Assembly: GCA_965116315.1 (NCBI GenBank)
Contig: OZ220672.1
Location: 1,636,777 to 1,700,776, forward strand
Source of the DNA: Dehalococcoidia bacterium
Lineage (GTDB): Bacteria; Chloroflexota; Dehalococcoidia; Lucifugimonadales; CAJWER01
Length of the DNA stretch: 64,000 bases
Reading direction: 5' to 3'
Shown here: positions 37,814 to 45,658 of the stretch, piece by piece
How positions within the stretch are numbered: the stretch's first letter is position 1
Layout of the letters: each line of letters starts with the position of its first letter
Notes under the pieces: model-generated
Told to the model about the DNA's origin: nothing
What the model saw: only the letters and a program-made list of their open reading frames with translations
Databases searched by the model: none
Position numbers and translations under genes: made by a program

Positions 37814-38241
37814 TCCAGCAGCCTCTTATTGGCGAAACGCTCGTACATCTCGACGATGAACCGCTTGGTCTTCAGGGTGATGGGGCCGTCGGGCCGGGTG
37901 CCCACCCGGAACACAGGGTCGGCCAGGACGTACTGGTAGGCACGCTCCACCTCCATCGCCTCGTCGCTGAAGGGGTCGATGTGGGCCTCCCGCCCGGCCC
38001 TCTTCATCAGCTCCTCGGCGTCCACGTTGTAGAGGTGGGCCAGCTTGCGAACGACGTTTGAGCCGGGCATTCGGTCTCCCCGCTCTATCTGGGAGAGGTA
38101 GGAGCTGGAGACGCCGATGCGCTTGGTCACGTCCCGCAGGCTGAGGTCTCCCCGAAGCCGCCGGAGGAGCGGGCCTATGGCGTCGTCTCCCTCGATCTCG
38201 CGGCGTTCGTCCAGGTCCCGGTCGTCTTCAAGCTCGTCCAT
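37810..38241 (-). CDS. XRE-family HTH transcriptional regulator (ImmR-like)
   Basis: LRRLRGDLSLRDVTKRIGVSSSYLSQIERGDRMP is a canonical XRE HTH. First gene of the leftward operon. Confidence 0.85.
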   Translation of the reverse strand: MDELEDDRDLDERREIEGDDAIGPLLRRLRGDLSLRDVTKRIGVSSSYLSQIERGDRMPGSNVVRKLAHLYNVDAEELMKRAGREAHIDPFSDEAMEVERAYQYVLADPVFRVGTRPDGPITLKTKRFIVEMYERFANKRLLE

Positions 38242-38311
38242 GTCGTCTCCCCTATGAGTCCGTAGCTGCGGACATCCACGCGAACGATGCGCCTGCTAAA
38301 ACGCAGCTAAA

Positions 38312-38323
38312 CTTTCGCGAAAG
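38312..38323. promoter_or_regulatory. 12-bp perfect palindrome CTTTCGCGAAAG in the divergent control region
   Basis: Lies in the AT-richer 290-bp gap between the divergent XRE operons, preceded by the direct repeat GCTAAA-N5-GCTAAA. Operator candidate only. Confidence 0.3.
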
Positions 38324-38531
38324 AATTATTACAACAGAGCGAGCAATTGTCAACGAGTTCAGTTTCCAAGCGTGAATAACGCCTCTCGGTCATTGCCTCG
38401 ACACACTCTATATTGCTACACTTACGCACACAGAACGCATCTTCTAAATCTGGAAGCAGTATACATCACCGGCGCACGCGAAGACCACTCCCTCGTGGCG
38501 GCGCCGGAACCCCGCGAGAGAGACGTATCGC

Positions 38532-38717
38532 GTGAACACCAAGCGAAGGCTTACGGCGAAGCAGGAGCGGCAGCGGACGGAGGGCCTGCGAATACTGGCC
38601 CGCATCATCGCTCGCCACTACCTGGCCAACCCTCACCTGTACCCCAACGGCTCCACCCCGGCCGACGGTCAGCAGGCCGATGACGGGAAGACGGCCCGAA
38701 GGGAGGACAGGGAGTGA
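38532..38717 (+). CDS. hypothetical small basic protein
   Basis: 61 aa, GTG start. Its stop overlaps the next gene's start (GTGA). No family recognised. Confidence 0.35.
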   Translation: MNTKRRLTAKQERQRTEGLRILARIIARHYLANPHLYPNGSTPADGQQADDGKTARREDRE

Positions 38718-38953
38718 AGCGGAGGCAGCCATCGTCGCGGGTGAAGCTCAACCCCCACGCCGTCTGGGACTTGCTCAACCGGCGCAACATGACCCAGAAC
38801 GAGTTGGCACGGCTTGTCGGCACCTCGTCCAGCTACCTCTCCCAACTGATGTCGGGGCATCGCTGCCCCTCGGCGGCCTTCCGCAAGAAGCTCATGGACG
38901 CCTTAGGCGTCACCGACTTTGACGACCTCTTCATCCTGGAGGCCGTCGAGTGA
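38714..38953 (+). CDS. XRE-family HTH protein (Cro-like position)
   Basis: 79 aa. MTQNELARLVGTSSSYLSQLMSG is an HTH. Coupled to both neighbours by GTGA overlaps. Confidence 0.8.
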   Translation: MKRRQPSSRVKLNPHAVWDLLNRRNMTQNELARLVGTSSSYLSQLMSGHRCPSAAFRKKLMDALGVTDFDDLFILEAVE

Positions 38954-39288
38954 GGCCCAGCTCCATGCCCCCGCGCCGTCTGCTCTTCTGCGACACCTCG
39001 CCACCGGAGGACTTCGGCGCGCGCCTGAAAGCCTTCAAGGAGGCCACGGGCCTCACGTGGGAGGGTCTGGCCGCGTGCTTGGGCGTGGACCTGCGGCAGC
39101 TTGAGCGGTGGCGCGACGGCACGAACCCCGGCTGGAAGGGGACCTGCGCCCTGGTGAAGCTGGCGTCCACCATTCCAGGCGGCCTTCACATGCTGTTCGG
39201 GGTGCATGTCCTTCCACCCTCCGGCTGGGTGTTGCAGCCTCCGCTGTCGGCGGGTTCCAGGCGTCATACGAACGGCAAGGGAGGCTAG
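38950..39288 (+). CDS. small HTH-like protein, paralogue 1 of 3
   Basis: PEDFGARLKAFKEATGLTWEGLAACLGVDLRQLERWRDG..LVKLASTIPGG aligns with the next two genes. Confidence 0.5.
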   Translation: MRPSSMPPRRLLFCDTSPPEDFGARLKAFKEATGLTWEGLAACLGVDLRQLERWRDGTNPGWKGTCALVKLASTIPGGLHMLFGVHVLPPSGWVLQPPLSAGSRRHTNGKGG

Positions 39289-39292
39289 GGAC

Positions 39293-39604
39293 GTGGCAGA
39301 GCAGCGCAGAGCGCATGGGCTGCCAGTCGTGTGGGTCTTCCCGCCGGACTTCCCGGAGCGGCTGGCGCTGTTTCAAGAGGAGAGCGGCCTGTCCACGCGG
39401 GGCCTGGCCCGTCTGTTGGGAGTCAACCCCGACCGCATCAGGAAGTGGAAGAGCGGGGCCGTGGCCCCCAACCACACCCATCTCTTCGCGCTTTACACCA
39501 TCGCCGGAGCGATGGGCCTGCGGGACGGGATTCTGATGCAGGGCGACCAGGACCTTGCCGAGGGGGTGGACGCGGCGGTCCTGCGGGCGATGAAGCGGAC
39601 GTAG
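39293..39604 (+). CDS. small HTH-like protein, paralogue 2 of 3
   Basis: 103 aa from the in-frame GTG at 39293, preceded by AAGGGAGG. PPDFPERLALFQEESGLSTRGLARLLGVNPDRIRKWKSG. Confidence 0.55.
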   Translation: MAEQRRAHGLPVVWVFPPDFPERLALFQEESGLSTRGLARLLGVNPDRIRKWKSGAVAPNHTHLFALYTIAGAMGLRDGILMQGDQDLAEGVDAAVLRAMKRT

Positions 39605-39635
39605 AGACGTTCTTGAAACAGAGGAGGAGAGACCA

Positions 39636-39917
39636 ATGACGACTGAGGTACGGAAGCGAACGTTGAACCACCGGCCACCGCTCTTTCCCGAAGACTTCGG
39701 GGAGCGGCTGGAGCGGTTGAAGGAAATGTCGGGTCTGCCGTGGGGCGAGTTCTCCGAGCGACTCGGCGTGACGCAGACGGGCCTGAGAAAGTGGCGCAAT
39801 GGAGGGCCGCCCTCGGGGGCCTATTTCTGGGCGATTCTGAAGCTGGCCCGCGAGATTCCCGGAGGCTTCGACCTGATCATGCACGGCGGCGACGGCATGG
39901 AAGGGCATGAGGGCTGA
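39636..39917 (+). CDS. small HTH-like protein, paralogue 3 of 3
   Basis: 93 aa. PEDFGERLERLKEMSGLPWGEFSERLGVTQTGLRKWRNG..ILKLAREIPGG. Confidence 0.6.
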   Translation: MTTEVRKRTLNHRPPLFPEDFGERLERLKEMSGLPWGEFSERLGVTQTGLRKWRNGGPPSGAYFWAILKLAREIPGGFDLIMHGGDGMEGHEG

Positions 39918-40057
39918 GGGTGCCATCCAGAGGCGCTGAGGCTCCCGACCAGCGAAGGAGGGCCGGGCGGAGTGAACCGCCCGGCCCTCCTTTCGTTCTC
40001 CTCTACCCAGCCCCGCGCATGTCGGCGACCGCTCTATTGCTCTGCCGTGCGGTCGGG

Positions 40058-40504
40058 CTACTCCTCCGCCTCTTCGGCCCAGAAGGATGCCAGGAGCGTC
40101 TCGGGAGAGTCGTAACGCCGGTCGATCCACCAGGCGGCGTCGGACTGGGCCTTCAGCGGTTCGAGCACCCTCTCCTTCTGCGCCTCGAAGAACTCCGTGT
40201 CCTTCGCCACCCTTCCCTTCAGTTGCCCGCTGTCCCGCAGGTGATCCAGGTGCGCCTCGGCATCGGAGAGAGCCTCGTGGCGGAGGGTGAGCGCCCAGGC
40301 TGTCTGCTTGGGCGTCCCGGTAAGCGCGGGGAGCCCCTCGCCCTCCGCCACCGCTTCAGCCTGCGCCCTCTGACTCTCGATGTAGCAGGGTCGGCAGGTC
40401 CGCGCCCGCTCCCGACGCAGCTTGAGATCCAGGCGCTCTTCGGAGCCGCGCATCTTCACGACCTCTGAGTGCCCGCAGGCCCGGACGATCGTTTGCTTCG
40501 CCAT
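40058..40504 (-). CDS. hypothetical protein with an N-terminal Cys/His cluster
   Basis: 148 aa from the in-frame ATG at 40504 (MAKQTIVRACGHSEVV...TCRPCY). Acidic C-terminus. No family recognised. Confidence 0.5.
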   Translation of the reverse strand: MAKQTIVRACGHSEVVKMRGSEERLDLKLRRERARTCRPCYIESQRAQAEAVAEGEGLPALTGTPKQTAWALTLRHEALSDAEAHLDHLRDSGQLKGRVAKDTEFFEAQKERVLEPLKAQSDAAWWIDRRYDSPETLLASFWAEEAEE

Positions 40505-40748
40505 CTCCCGTCGCTCATTCTCAGATACCAACCATGTTACATCCGGGAGCCGCCCGGCGTCCGCTGCAATCCAGCGAGACCTGAACCCCGGGATTGCTCT
40601 GTCCTGCCCATCTGTCGGACAATGGGGCATAGCCCCATATACCCATAGACGACGTGAAGGCGCTCGCCGACCGCTTCGGTCCCCGCAGCGATGCGGACAT
40701 CCCTTTCATCCGAAGGGGCCGGGACGGAGATCGGGGGAGGTTCGAGCA

Positions 40749-42104
40749 ATGCCCAGGTACAGGAAGAAGGTCTGCCGAGGGTGCGGCCGCATCTACCAGC
40801 GTCGGTATGTGAGAACATCCGGCGTCCTGGGCTGGTGCGGTCCCAGCTGTTACCTGAAGTCGTACCATCGGCGGAGGAAGGGCAAGGCGGCGGACGAACC
40901 CCCGGTCCCATTCGACGACGGCGCCATTCGGGAGCCTCGGGTGTTGGAGGCCCTTGCCCATGTGCTCCGGGAAGCCTCTCAGGAGGAGGGAACGGTTGCC
41001 GGGGAAGCGGCGGCTCAGGAGACCGAATATACCGGCGCTATGAACATCGAGGTCGTGGCGGACCGCGCCCTGGTTGCGCATACGCGGCTAGGCGGTGACG
41101 GCCGGGTCGAGGTCGAGTGGGTGGGTCGCTGCTGGGCGTGGCTGACCGAAGGCGACGTCCCATCGCTCATGGATGTGGTGGTCAGAGACGGCGAGATCGT
41201 CAAGCTGTTGGAGCCGGGGCAGGTGCGGCGCGTCCGGGCGATGGAGCGGACCATAGAGACGGCTGGGGGCGAGGTCGTCGGTCTTGAGGTGTGGATGGAG
41301 TTCAAGGGGTTTAGGGCGGAGTCCGAACCGGACGACCGGGCGGCGGCGATGGGGTTGCGGGAGGGGACGAAAGTTCGCATAACCGGTGAACGCAGCAGGG
41401 CCGAGCGGGGCAAGGTCGGCACCCTGTTGAGGTTCATCGCGGCCGTGGTCGAGGTGGACGGCAAGCGGTTCGGAACAGGACTGGAGAAACTGGAGCCGCT
41501 GGACAGCCCCGATGGGCCGCCGCATGCGGTCGAAGACGGCGTCATCGGGGAGGCCGGTGACGTCGAGGAAGGGGACGGGCCTAGCGAGTCAATGGTCGAG
41601 GTGGTGGCGGACCGCGCCCTCGTTGCGCGGACGCGGTTCGGCGAGGACGGCCGCGTCGGCGTCGAGTGGGTGGGCCGCTGCTGGGTGTGGCTGACCGAAG
41701 GAGAGTCCCCTTCGCTCATGGACGTGGCGGTCGGGGAAGCCGAGGTCGCCAAGCTGCTGGAACCGGGCCGGGTGCGGCGGGTCCGGGCAGTGGAGCGGGC
41801 CATCGAGACGGACGAGGGAGAGGTCGATGGCCTGGAGCTGCGGGCGGAGTCGGGGTCGGAGCCTGAGCCGGACCTCAGGGTGGCGGCCAGAGGGCTCTGG
41901 GAGGGAGGAAAGGTCCGCTTGCAGCCAGAGTATCCCTGGCGTGAAGAGGAGGGCAAAATAGGGACGCTGCTGAGGTTCTCCGTGGCACTCCTGGAGGTGG
42001 ACGGCAGGAAGTTCGCCATAGGACCGAGGGACCTGGAACCGGTCGACAGCTCGGAGGGATCGCCTACAGGACTAGGAAGGGGCGGAAGCCAAACCGAAGG
42101 ATAA
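40749..42104 (+). CDS. zinc-ribbon protein with an internal ~180-aa tandem duplication
   Basis: 451 aa from the in-frame ATG at 40749 (MPRYRKKVCRGCGRIY...WCGPSCY). The block VEVVADRALVA.TR.G.DGRV.VEWVGRCW.WLTEG..PSLMDV ... GK.GTLLRF...VEVDG.KF...LEP.D occurs twice (nt ~41046-41595 and ~41596-42100). Confidence 0.55.
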   Translation: MPRYRKKVCRGCGRIYQRRYVRTSGVLGWCGPSCYLKSYHRRRKGKAADEPPVPFDDGAIREPRVLEALAHVLREASQEEGTVAGEAAAQETEYTGAMNIEVVADRALVAHTRLGGDGRVEVEWVGRCWAWLTEGDVPSLMDVVVRDGEIVKLLEPGQVRRVRAMERTIETAGGEVVGLEVWMEFKGFRAESEPDDRAAAMGLREGTKVRITGERSRAERGKVGTLLRFIAAVVEVDGKRFGTGLEKLEPLDSPDGPPHAVEDGVIGEAGDVEEGDGPSESMVEVVADRALVARTRFGEDGRVGVEWVGRCWVWLTEGESPSLMDVAVGEAEVAKLLEPGRVRRVRAVERAIETDEGEVDGLELRAESGSEPEPDLRVAARGLWEGGKVRLQPEYPWREEEGKIGTLLRFSVALLEVDGRKFAIGPRDLEPVDSSEGSPTGLGRGGSQTEG

Positions 42105-42178
42105 TTGAACCTATCCCCTTCATCCTGACGATGCGCAAGGTTTATGACCTCGTCTACGATTCAGTCCTCTGCAATCCG

Positions 42179-45100
42179 CTATTGTAGTAGCTTGGAGGAC
42201 AGCTCTGTCAGAGGAACCCCATCGCTTTCCCAGATTGACCTCGCGATGCTTATTCGTGTGTTACCGCCCGTGACGATCAGATGCACACCGTCGGCGTATT
42301 CACCGGTTATCTGGCCTCGCTCCTGCTCGAACTTATCGAGTTCATCACACAATTCCGACACACGTTCGCCGATGTCCCCAACGAACCGCATACTTGCCTT
42401 AACGTCGACTAGCTCCGGTTCATCTTCCGAGTCCACAGGAACCACACAGAGCAGGAAACGATCACCTTGTTTGACCGCATTTCTCGCCTGGCTCGGTGTC
42501 ATTCGCGCGTCATCGGTTCGTGTGGCCTTTACCTCTACAAGCCAACTCTCATCGTCTTTCGATATTTTCAACTCCCCCGCATCGTCCTCCGATAAATCCT
42601 CTGTCGCATCGGCTGCCACCTTGATCACCAAGTCGGCGCCCACTCTAGTTTTCTCAACCAAGTACCCTTCGTTTTCGAGGTTTTCCTTGACGAGACATTC
42701 TACGAGATTCCCGAATTGCTGATTGCGATGTACTCTCTGCGTCTGTTTGATGCGGTCTGCAAGGTAGTCACTGACAGCTTCATCCTTGCCCAATTGCGTC
42801 AAGAACTTAGGGACTACATCCAATCGGTCGAGCACATTCTCTGCCGCATTGATTATTGCCATGAGTTTGTTGTCCACACTGACGCGGGTCTGAGCGTCCA
42901 CAGCCATGGACTCTCTCACTAAGTCAAGACGTGAAACTCCAATTGCTTGGAGCAAACTGTCAACGGCGGGATTGTCGGGAATTGAAAGTGTACCGCTGTC
43001 CCGGAACAAGCGACCAAGCGACTGAGCAGTCGCTGTTGTGTACCTGTCATTTCCAAGGGGGACCCAGCTGTTCTCTACTACAGTCGGTAGCCACTGACTC
43101 TGATAATGGTTGTGCTTGACATCGCACGTACAGAGTGCTTCCTCCGTCTGCAATCCTTGAGCGTCATGGACAACCAACCATTCAGTCAAGAATCTCCAGA
43201 AAAGGCGAGCACGTCGCTGGCTCCCGCGCGCCCGCCTGATGACGCTGTTGTCGTCGCCCCTGAAATGTACTATATCGGTTAGTTTGACTGCCTCATGTGC
43301 TTCATGCCTTGCGCCCTCAGCTAATGCTGGCAAGGGTTCGTCGGGCAAGAACCTGGGATGTCGAACCTCACGGGAGACCACTATTGAAGCTCTAACGATT
43401 TGGAACTCGCTCAACTTCTGCCAAACCTCAGCATGAGGGACCTCGTCATAGAATGCTGTTGATAGAATTCGCGCTGGCGGGAAGAGTTCCAAAAACTCCT
43501 GAAGGTCTTCGTCCCAGAGTGTTGCCGGCGCAAGAGGGACTTCTTCGTCAATCTGTCCGTCCGGGGCCAGCCAAACGACATGCTTGTCGCTGTCTTCCTC
43601 CTCTTGGCAGAACACAGGGAAACCACGTAGACGGTCCCATTCCTCATGCTTGGTGATCCAAGCGAACGCTCGAGTACTGCCCATAGCAAAGGCATCATCG
43701 AGATCACCACTAGCGGCGATTTCTCTAAGCTCCTCAATGACTTCTTTGACTACATCCTGATTTCGTTTGACATCCTTCCCGTCTTCACTATCAAGGGAAG
43801 TAAGTCGTTTGTCACGAAGTTCCTCCCTTAGTTTTAAGCCAACTTCATCAGCTATGTCCTTTAGCTCTTCATCAATGTTCTCATCGCGAAAGAGATTCCC
43901 TAGCTTATCGAGAGATCCCGACTGGTCCAAGATCAAGTAGCGGCTATTGACCTCGTCGGCATGTTCACCACCCCTCAGGAACGCAAGGACATTATCCAGC
44001 CATTCGGTGGCATCTATGCCTTCTACTAGCGCATCCTGGAGGTTCTCGATATTGCCATAAGTCTCATCCTCTGAGCTTCTCGCCACTCGCTCGATGTAGC
44101 GAGCAAATCCGGCTCCATCAAGCACTCCGTCGAATTCGGTAGTGTCGCAGCCACTCAGTGTGGCCCAGCTCTTTACCGCCTTGTTCCAACCAACTACCTC
44201 TCTCCGTCTTGGTAGTCTTGAACGAAACGCTTTCAGCCCACTCAGCAAGTCCCAGAGGGTTTCAACTTTGGTATCCTCGTCGGCGAGAGGAAGGAGCGAC
44301 TCCGAAGGAGCCAGCGCACCCTCACCATACTCGCAGAGGACGGCAGGGGTACCAAGTAGAGGGCCTAGTAGATTCTCAGTAAGATGTTCTCGAAGCTTTT
44401 CGGGGACCAGCCATTCCCTATCGGGGATAGGTGGCACATCCGCTAACGTCGATACGTCATCCCACGCCGACTCACCCGCAAACTGAATGAGCCGGATAAG
44501 AAGTGTGCAGGCTTCTTCCACGGCCGCCTGATTGAGGAGATTGGCCTCGTCGCTCTCGTTCAACCAGAGGTTTACTCCGTCCCGGTCTTCATCTGACGGG
44601 GTAAACTGAAAGCTGTTTATAATGGCGGGAAAACTGAAGTTCTCGGTTCCAATCAATGGAAGCCCCAGAAACAACCTGGGAATATCTGCAACTTGCAGGC
44701 AAGATGTAGAGTCTCCTAGCGTAGCTGCCTGCACAGCAATGGAGGTGGCTTCTTTCTTGATCAGGAGATACTTGCTGCTGGTCCAATTGTCGGGGCTTGT
44801 TCGCCGGACCGTGACTTCCTGCACATCATTATCCTGTAACTGCTTCCGTTCAGTGACGTTGAAACTCACGAATTCACCTAGAGACTCGACAGAAATTTCA
44901 CTGAACTCTTCATTGAATGCAAGGATGAGAGGAGACAGCATTTCCAGACTGGAGATGCCTTGGCTCACGACCCTAGCCGCTGCCTCACCTTCAACGGTAT
45001 ACCGGAACCTAGTCGTATAACCATGTGGTAAAGTCACCGCCTGGACAGACGTCAGAGAAGCATTGAATCTCCTTGCGGACTCTCGCATATCGTCATCTAT

Positions 45101-45553
45101 CGACTGGATTGAAGTGGGTGCCCTTCGCACAGGAAAATTGAAACCCCGGCCGTCAACGAGCTTCCCTGAAACATAGATTTCGTTGGAGAGCAGATGCGTC
45201 GTGAGTAACCCACTTCCGTATTGCCCTAGCTTCGACTTGTCCTCGGCCTTGGTTGATCCATGGTAAATGACGCGAGCTATTTCTTTCATCTCGAATGGTC
45301 GGCCATTGTGCTCTAGCAGGACTTGCCCTTGATCGTGTCTGACTGAGCAAGTGAGGCTCATTGCGCCGTTGGGAGAAGCGTCACGTGCATTCTGCAACAG
45401 CTCCCATATCCAACGCGTTTGTACACGGTCTCTCCGTGCCGCGAGATTGGTGAGAAGTTGATAAACACGTTGTGCGTTAGTCGTGGTAAGTGTGTCTCGT
45501 TCGATCTGTTCCCAATCACTCTTGTCCACTATCATTTGTTCTCCCGGGTCCAT
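42179..45553 (-). CDS. GHKL (sacsin/HATPase_c_3-like) ATPase fused to a C-terminal DUF3883 PD-(D/E)XK nuclease-like domain
   Basis: 1124 aa. N-box WIWELLQNARDA and G-box GQYGSGLLT lie near the N-terminus. The C-terminus (GADLVIKV...SWLVEVKATR...FLLCVV) is as in DUF3883. GC is about 43-52% on hand-counted lines, against about 70% in the flanks. Confidence 0.8.
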   Translation of the reverse strand: MDPGEQMIVDKSDWEQIERDTLTTTNAQRVYQLLTNLAARRDRVQTRWIWELLQNARDASPNGAMSLTCSVRHDQGQVLLEHNGRPFEMKEIARVIYHGSTKAEDKSKLGQYGSGLLTTHLLSNEIYVSGKLVDGRGFNFPVRRAPTSIQSIDDDMRESARRFNASLTSVQAVTLPHGYTTRFRYTVEGEAAARVVSQGISSLEMLSPLILAFNEEFSEISVESLGEFVSFNVTERKQLQDNDVQEVTVRRTSPDNWTSSKYLLIKKEATSIAVQAATLGDSTSCLQVADIPRLFLGLPLIGTENFSFPAIINSFQFTPSDEDRDGVNLWLNESDEANLLNQAAVEEACTLLIRLIQFAGESAWDDVSTLADVPPIPDREWLVPEKLREHLTENLLGPLLGTPAVLCEYGEGALAPSESLLPLADEDTKVETLWDLLSGLKAFRSRLPRRREVVGWNKAVKSWATLSGCDTTEFDGVLDGAGFARYIERVARSSEDETYGNIENLQDALVEGIDATEWLDNVLAFLRGGEHADEVNSRYLILDQSGSLDKLGNLFRDENIDEELKDIADEVGLKLREELRDKRLTSLDSEDGKDVKRNQDVVKEVIEELREIAASGDLDDAFAMGSTRAFAWITKHEEWDRLRGFPVFCQEEEDSDKHVVWLAPDGQIDEEVPLAPATLWDEDLQEFLELFPPARILSTAFYDEVPHAEVWQKLSEFQIVRASIVVSREVRHPRFLPDEPLPALAEGARHEAHEAVKLTDIVHFRGDDNSVIRRARGSQRRARLFWRFLTEWLVVHDAQGLQTEEALCTCDVKHNHYQSQWLPTVVENSWVPLGNDRYTTATAQSLGRLFRDSGTLSIPDNPAVDSLLQAIGVSRLDLVRESMAVDAQTRVSVDNKLMAIINAAENVLDRLDVVPKFLTQLGKDEAVSDYLADRIKQTQRVHRNQQFGNLVECLVKENLENEGYLVEKTRVGADLVIKVAADATEDLSEDDAGELKISKDDESWLVEVKATRTDDARMTPSQARNAVKQGDRFLLCVVPVDSEDEPELVDVKASMRFVGDIGERVSELCDELDKFEQERGQITGEYADGVHLIVTGGNTRISIARSIWESDGVPLTELSSKLLQ

Positions 45554-45658
45554 TCGGTGGACCAGAAGGGTTGAGGCTAGGAATCAGTGTAGGTTAATGA
45601 TCGCTCGGAGTCCACATTGTTATTCTTCCTTGAGGCGTACATTAGAACGCGTGCCCCA

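Noticed and set aside
35776-45553. Possible restriction-modification system, given two restriction-fold nuclease domains
   Set aside because: I found no DNA methyltransferase motifs (DPPY/NPPY, FxGxG, PCQ) in any frame of any credible ORF in the ICE part. I therefore do not call it R-M and describe the nucleases as orphan or defence-like instead.
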